A stretch of 55,364 bases of DNA, the filler included, from Trypethelium eluteriae (taxonomy: Eukaryota): NCBI GenBank assembly GCA_051942245.1. It is 2 parts of 2 records of this genome, joined end to end, with 100 filler letters (N's around TTAATTAATTAA, not from the genome) between each part and the next. Parts side by side here need not be neighbours in the genome. Positions count along the whole stretch, not along the records: positions 27,775 to 55,364 come from JAVECL010000329.1; 1 more part is not named here. One strand, 5' to 3'. A model generated the notes under the pieces. The model did not search any database. It had not been told where the DNA came from and saw only the letters and a program-made list of their open reading frames with translations. The translations under genes and the position numbers were made by a program. Shown piece by piece: positions 48,230 through 55,364 of the stretch (its first letter is position 1; each line of letters begins with the position of its first letter).

Positions 48230-48748
48230 TTAGACCACTGACAGATTGGAGATGTATACGATGGCGCTGGATTCGCAGATATATCGTAGCATGTACCGCA
48301 GGAAATCCATATCGGTGAAGTACATCACTTCGATGACAACAACAGCAATGACTACGAAGGCACCAAGGCTTAAGAGCCTTGCGGGGATGAGATCCTGCGG
48401 AAGGGGCATCTCGTCGTGACAAAGGAGCGGCAGAAGAATGCAGAGCATGATCGCATCTGAACTGAAGATGAAGCAAGCCTGGAAAATGGCGCAATTATCA
48501 AGAGAATTGCGTCGGGCTGCCACCCAAAAGTTAATGCAAAGTAGACGCAAGAGATTTGTCCCGTGTGCACTCACGATTAGATGGCACGGCTTAGTAGCCG
48601 TCGAGAGATCGACAGAGTATGAACAAGACCATTTCCGAGGCAAAACAAACCGCAGCAACGTAGACAGAGAAATATTGCACCTTTCTTCGTTACTTGGAAA
48701 GACCGAGTCTGTAGAAAGCGGTGAAGGAACAACTCCTCTCAAAGCCAA
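48230..48748 (-). pseudogene. Degenerate PTH11-like (fungal rhodopsin-domain) integral membrane protein remnant
   Basis: IFSSDAIMLCILLPLL...MPL...LLSLGAFVVIA...YICESSAIVYISNL follows the family pattern NISSDLxxLxIPLP...FSLGxF...RExSxAxxxANLP, but with substituted conserved residues and no coherent 5' part. Confidence 0.55.
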
Positions 48749-49911
48749 AACTCAATGACGGGTGTTGGCTGATAAGACACCAATAGTATGGACGCCTTGA
48801 TCGTGTAGATGTTGTTGAGCGTGCCTGTTAACCAAAGCCAGAATCACATCTCTTAGGAGAGCCTGTGAAAATTTCGTGTATCTGTTCGGATACAATGAGT
48901 ATATCCAAGCCCAGCCCAAGTGCACCAATATTTCAACGCATGGATGCCGCTAATTGATTGGGCTAGAAGAGCTTTGTCAGTTGCCAGACGATTTTGCGTT
49001 TGCTCCGTGGCGGAGTATAACACATCGCTTCCTCCTTCATCCGCAATGACGTCCGAGTATACGACGATTGTTGTATATATCTCTGCTCCTAATTCGTCTC
49101 AATATCAGCCGTTGAGTACCTGACAGTACCCCACCACCCAACGGCAATGTACAGCAGCAAGAGACACTGGAGGTTCGTTCGCACCTAATTTGCCGATGTT
49201 TCGTATATGAGCATAGCTGCTGAACTATTAGCCCTAAAGCGTATTGGGCAGAACTGGTTGATACGGACGTCCGAAGGGGGATAAATGCCATTTAAACCCC
49301 GTTTGTTGGCCGGATGTTATATTCCAGCGCTTCCTGTCCGAGAAATCTCAAAGCCCCACTCATGCTGAACCAAGGAGATTAGGAGACAAGTGGAAAGAGC
49401 GACATGGAACATGAAGTCAGACTTTGGAAGGAGCGAAGTCGTGGACCGTGGTGCGCAAAGATGGCTTGATCTGATGGGAAACAAGGACACGCAAGGAAAT
49501 AAGAAATGAACGGATGTTACTCACGATAGGAGAGAACCAGAAAGCTTCACTGAAATTGGAACGCGTAGACGACCGAGCTGGTTATTTGGCTTCAAGGGAA
49601 AAAGAAACAGTGGGAAACTGAATGAACTACCACATTTTTTCGTGGGTATCTGTTGATTTTGAAGAGCTGCTTCGCTCACTTCAGTACATAATCAGCTCAT
49701 CATCGTAGCAATCTATTCGCAACCGCATCTGATCGTAATATGGCGTATAAGCCAATCGACTATTCCCAGAGATAAATCAGAGCAAATTTGCGATTTCCGT
49801 CATTGGTTTACCTTCAACGCCTTCGCAGCCTTCCCACGCCCCACTTATGACTTGACGCCAGTCATTTGGAGCTTTCCCCAACGCTATTTCGCTTTTCCCA
49901 GGCCTATCCCC

Positions 49912-51643
49912 TCACATCTCCATATCACCTTCTCCAGCCCGTAGTTGAGCGGCCGCGGTGGTCGAGTTCTTGATGATCTTCTTTACTTGAGTCTCAACTT
50001 CATCCCAGTCACTTGTGTCAAGGCGCTGTGGTGTGACATTCCATATCTTGACAATCTCCATCAGAGCTGACCAGCTCTCTTTGTTGTGTACGAAGCTGAT
50101 CGCAACACCCGTGCGACCAAAGCGACCTGTACGTCCGATGCGGTGGAGGTATGTCTCAGGATCTGGCTTGCCGAATTGGTCGGTTGGAATGTCCTATGTA
50201 TATCGTAAGAAGGTGTAAATAGGAAAAGTCAAAAGGCAATGATGCTTACGTAGTTAATGACCATGGTCACCGACTGAACATCGATACCACGCGCAAGGAC
50301 GTTTGTTGCGATCAGCACCTTGGCTTGACCAGAGCGGAACCTATCGATGACTGCATCACGATCTTTTCCTTCCAAGCCTCCAGAAAGCTGGGCGACCTGG
50401 TGGCCTTCCGCGGTCATCCGCCTCTCAATCTCGAAAGCAGTCGCACGTGTCTTTCGCTATTAGCCTTGTCGTTATTACTTAGTAAGTATATGTACACTCA
50501 CCCGAACGAAGATTATGGACGAGGCAATAGTCATCAATCCGTAGAATTTGACCAACACATCATACTTCTGCCCCTCATTGTCGCAGTCGAGGTATAGTTG
50601 TCGGATTCCTTCGACAGTAAGCTCTTGCGCTTTGAGGGTGATCATGTTGGCCTGTGGTGAGAACTTGTCGGCAAAATGGAGCACGTCTTGAGGAAAAGTT
50701 GCTGAGAAGAGCACGCTTTGGACATCTCGGGGTAGTTGTCTTGGATCAATCCCATGTTAGTATAGTGACTGGCGACAAAGCGCCTTTACAACTCACGATC
50801 TGACACGGAAACACTGATCACCCATCCCTTGCTGGTCAAGCATGTTGTCGGCTTCATCGAGCACGATAACCTTGATCTTGGACATGTCTAAGTATCGCCG
50901 CCTACCGAGATCCGTCACGGTGCCGGGCGTGCCCACAACAATCTGACCTTGGACTTTTTGGCCTCGTTTGCTCGAGTCTGGAATTGCGGCAGCAACTTCA
51001 AGACCCTCCATAAATTGTCCCATTGTTTGAACGACACCGATGATCTGACGGGCAAGCTCTCGACTTGGGGCAAGCACGAGAGCTTGAGGCTGTTTCAGTG
51101 ACAGATCGACACGACCCAGCATATTGAGCGTGAAAGCTGCAGTCTTGCCAGTTCCAGATTGTGACTGTCCGATGAAGTTCTTTGGTGGATTGCCAAGGAG
51201 GAGCGGGAGTGCACGCTCTTGTATTTTAGACGGCCTTCGGAAGTTCATGGCTGAAATTCCCTTTAGCAGTGGAGGCGGTAGGCCGAGCTCCTCAAAGCTT
51301 TTAACTGAGTATAGAGGATTGTTGGGGTCTGCCTGCATGTCGCTGAGTTTTACTGCGACGTCGTATTCAGGTTCTTCTAGCTTCGAGCCTCCTCGAGGTT
51401 CTGAGGATCCGTCAACTTGGGCGTCTGTGAGGTCTCCAGTGGTCTTTGAGGAATCTGCAAGGAAGTGAGGTCAATGTGAAGTCTCGAATGGTATCAAGCT
51501 AAGAGTTGCAGAGGTCACGATATCTAATTCAAAATGTAGAATAAATCGTTCGTACCATTGGGAATATCTGAGTTTGTGGGTTTTGAGATGCGGTCTGCAA
51601 GAGATCCGCCCTGCTCGGTTGCAGGTCCACTATCCGTATCCAT
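49912..51643 (-). CDS. DBP5: ATP-dependent DEAD-box RNA helicase Dbp5 (mRNA export), multi-exon
   Basis: [91 protein letters not shown]. Confidence 0.95.
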
Positions 51644-52905
51644 TTTGAGAAGTGAAAGACACGAGATAGACTGTGAAGGTTGCGCGTAGATTAGGCTGGG
51701 TTTATCAGTAGTAATGCGAGGACAAGTGGTGACTGAAATTTGGTGTCTTTGTATAGGTAGAAGTGGTAGGAAGCGAGCTCGAGCTTTGAAGTCGTTTGCG
51801 GCTAGCGGCGGCGGCCTGAGCAGGGATGTAGAATACTAGGAAACATTCCGCTGCCTTCACCCCCAACACAGCAAACGTTGATACTCGAAGCTAAACTGTA
51901 CCTATATACCGTATGCCCATAAATATTATAGTCTTAATAACTACTATCGTCAGCATGAGAATTCCATGATCCTGGACCGAACCAGCACCAGGCCAACGAT
52001 AAAGGCGTTCAGGAGCGATCCAATACGCTCAGATGCCCTGATTGCTCTGAGAGAGAGTATGATCGTGCGGGTAAATTGAACTAGTCTGATATAAGTTGGT
52101 AAGTTGGAAATTGAAAATACACTGTGAGGTGCTGGGATTGACGTCTCACTTCCAGTTCTCTTCGTTAGAGTAGGTACCCTCTACTTCCAGTGCATGCTGC
52201 CCTCATTGCCGAGAGCCGATTCAGCAATAACAAAAAGTCTCGTTGCTGCATCGAAAATCCCTATATAAGCCCGTAGATAAAGGAGGACTGTAAAATTCAA
52301 GTCTGATAGAGTAATGCAATTGACCATTCTCCTGTTTTGACGATAAGCGAACTATGCCACTTCAGGTAAAGCATTCGGGAGTCCAAAAGAGGGGGCGAGG
52401 CGAGGCGTCCTCGCAACTAATACTATCTATGCTTTAACTTACCTAAACTCAGCCCTGTTGCTTATCAGCTCACATAACGCTTCGATCCAGAAAAGAAAAG
52501 TGATATCATTGAATCTACAAACAAGCAGATACGTAGATCGGATGCACCATAGACCAGGCTTATGCATGACCGGGGTCTGGCCCACTATCACCGGCCACCT
52601 TAACTTCCTGCCCACGCGAGCAGGCCGCTTGCATGGCGTCGCACACGGCTTGGTCTCCTTATCAGAGGGATAGCGCGATAGCGCCCCTCGAACGTTACAG
52701 TGAGCGACCCAGATTATCGGGCTCGCTCGATGATCTTGCAGAGGAGTAAGCCCCGACGCATCAGTACGTAGGGACGCATATCTCGATCCTATCCGTCGAA
52801 CGACTGTCCACGGCATGGTAGATATTTTCCTAATCTCCCATCCCTCTGCTATTTTTCGTATAACCACCGTCTCTTCCCTCTGTTATTCTGCAATAGTACA
52901 AGATC

Positions 52906-54732
52906 ATGGCGGATCGAAACTTGAGCATAGTGTCAGGCTCCGGCCGTCACCGTAGCGTAGCGGAGGAGCCCGTTACTTCCGTCCTTCCCAAGGGAGATAT
53001 TCCTTACGACGCGGATCATGAATTCACCGCAGATGAGGAAGTTCTCGCAGCGCTTGGCTACAAATCAGAATTCAAACGTGAATTCAGTCTCTGGACCACG
53101 TTCTCAGTTAGTTTTGCTGTCTTGGGCCTGCTCCCGAGCTTTGCTAGCACGCTCTACTATGGGATGGGATATGCAGGAACAGCCGGGATGACATGGGGAT
53201 GGCTCATTGCTATGGTCGGGATTCAGAGTGTTGCATCAAGCATGGCAGAGCTGTGCTCTTCAATGCCTACCAGCGGGGGTTTGTACTACGCAGCGAGTGC
53301 ATTGGCGCCTCCAGGATGGGGACCTCTTGCAGCCTGGATTACCGGCTGGTCGAATTGGTTTGCTCAGGTGACAGGAGCACCGTCTGTCAACTATGGCACG
53401 GCAGCCATGATTCTGGCGGCAGCATCCATCAATAATCCCGACTATACGCCGCAGAACTACCAGATTTTCCTTGTTACCGTCCTCATCATGCTGATCCATG
53501 GCTGCATGGCATCAGTGCCGACGAAATGGATAGCCCAGATCAACTCTGCTGGGTCAACCTTCAACATCTTCGCCCTCATTGTTGTTATCATTCTCATTCC
53601 AGCCGGCACAAATCGTGAGGATAGAGGCCTGCCAAAGTTCTCGTCTAGTAGCGATGTCTGGGGTACCATCTATGCTGGAATCGATTTTCCACCTGGTGTT
53701 TCTATTTTAATGAGTTTCGTTGGCGTAATTTGGACAATGTCGGGCTACGATTCACCTTTTCATCTCAGCGAGGAATGTTCCAATGCCAATGTTGCATCTC
53801 CCCGCGCAATCTTCCTCACATCGGCCACTGGAGGTACTTTCGGCTGGTTTTTGCAGCTCGTGGTCGCATATACAGTTGTGGATATTGATGCAGCCTTGAA
53901 CGACCCCATTGGCCAGCCCTATGCTGCTTATCTTACTCAGGTCTTGCCATTACGGATGGTGAATGCGGTTCTGGCCTTGACCATCATAGCCGGCTTCTTC
54001 ATGGGCCAGGGCTGCATGATTGCCGCGTCTCGAGTTACTTTTGCCTACGCACGTGATGGCTGCTTTCCGCTCTCGAAGTATTGGAGTCGGGTGAACAAGT
54101 ATACCCTGACGCCAGTGAACGCGGTGTGGTACAATAATGTCATTGGTATCATCACGCTGCTTCTTATTTTCGGTGGCGAGCTCACCGTTGGCGCATTGTT
54201 TTCCATTGGTGGTATTGCTGCCTTTGTTGCATTTACAACACCAATATTCATTAAGACTGCATTCGTTGGGAGAAATTTCAAGCCTGGACCGTGGAATTTG
54301 GGAAGGGCAAGCCCGATTATTGGTTCCATCGCGTCCGCGTTTGTGGCCTTGATGATCCCGATTCTTTGTCTGCCTAGCTCGACTGGAAGTGACTTAACGT
54401 AAGGTTGACATTTCTGATCCATAATACGCTTGCTGATCGATTATAGTCCTGCTACGATGAATTGGACATGTCTGGTGTATGGAGGTTAGTATCTCAACCC
54501 ATCATATGCACACGCACACGGACTTTTAAAACTAACATTCCTTCTAGGACCAATGTTTGGCGTTCTGATCTGGTGGTTGGTAAGCGCGCGAAAGTGGTTC
54601 AAAGGACCCAGAGTCAACATTCAGCACCGGGCATTTCAGGAAGGAGATGGAAGCTTTGATGAGAAGGCTGTCAATGGCGACGGAGGAAGCGAGAGTGGGT
54701 CTCAAGAGCAAAGCAAAAGCCTGAGTCCTTGA
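52906..54732 (+). CDS. APC-superfamily amino acid/GABA/polyamine permease (Uga4/Tpo5-like); two 3' introns
   Basis: LGYKSEFKREFS, ELCSSMPTSGGLY, GYDSPFHLSEE, SRVTFAYARDG, MNWTCLVYG and terminal ARKWFKGP. Confidence 0.9.
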
Positions 54733-55058
54733 AACTCTGTTCTGTAGTTTTATTAGTAGTACGCAGTCGATCGCTTGATGAGATAGCGTTATGCATGCAT
54801 ACGTACTCCGTACCAACCTTGTGAACGGCAAGGTACGAACCCTGGTTTTCGGAGACGATCCCGAAGATGCAGTTGCATCTCTAAACCCTATTTAAGCTGC
54901 GGCAACGTCATTGCTTGTTTCAAGCTGCAACAACTCTGTGCGAAGTCAGCGCCTTTGACACCTCTACCATTCCAATCTTGATAGAGTAACCTGATAGAAA
55001 GATTTGTTGTCATCAGCTAAATTCAAGTTCACAGTTTTTCTAAAACTGACTCCTCACC

Positions 55059-55364
55059 ATGGCTGACATTGCGTCGTTTGATGACGATCCAACCCTCTAC
55101 CTATTCACCTCTCTGACCGCCGGCTCCTCCCACATCATTACCGCTACCTCTCGTCTTGAAACAATCCTCAAAGCCAATAAGATCCCATTCCAAGCTCTCG
55201 ACACCGCAACAGAAGAACGAGCACGAAAACTATGGGGTCGACGAGCAGGAAAGCGGAAGCTCCCGGGTCTGGTGAAGCAGGGCATGGTGCTAGGTGTACG
55301 CCATACTGACCCTCCACTCCCCCCAATACACCCCCCAAACCACTAACTCCACATGCCATACCTC
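55059..55364 (+). CDS. SH3BGR/glutaredoxin-like thioredoxin-fold protein, 5' part only (first exon to ~55295, then an intron; the gene continues beyond the window)
   Basis: Conserved fungal motif LYLFTSLTAGSSHIITATSRLETILKANKIPF...ARKLWGRRAGKRKLPGLV. Confidence 0.7.

Noticed and set aside
49679..49705. C/D-box snoRNA-like motifs (ATGATGA...CTGA on the minus strand)
   Set aside because: Boxes are too close together, no terminal stem or rRNA guide was identified, and the site lies in the probable DBP5 3' region.

Overview
Intron-containing filamentous ascomycete (Pezizomycotina) genomic DNA, with one 100-base assembly gap carrying an artificial TTAATTAATTAA spacer (27675-27774). Conserved housekeeping blocks (BTB protein, DOA1, PET191, Tgl1-like lipase, GCP3/Spc98 and GET3 at 18.9-34.7 kb; DBP5, an APC permease and an SH3BGR-like gene at 49.9-55.4 kb) alternate with two accessory islands. 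Island 1 (0-17 kb) holds a probable hAT-type transposon end, an intronless putative heme-binding beta-protein gene transcribed divergently from a pyranose 2-oxidase gene, a HAD phosphatase, a frameshifted CorA-like gene and two tandem HET-domain genes, the second 5'-damaged. Island 2 (35-49 kb) holds a divergent MFS transporter / O-methyltransferase pair, a complete 2175-bp RIP-mutated pogo/Fot1-type transposon with perfect 41-bp TIRs and TA TSD, a Clr5-ankyrin gene and a PTH11-like pseudogene. The best candidate for an undescribed system is the divergent heme-binding protein / pyranose oxidase pair (possible H2O2 producer plus H2O2 user). All family assignments come from motif recognition by eye; no searches were run.
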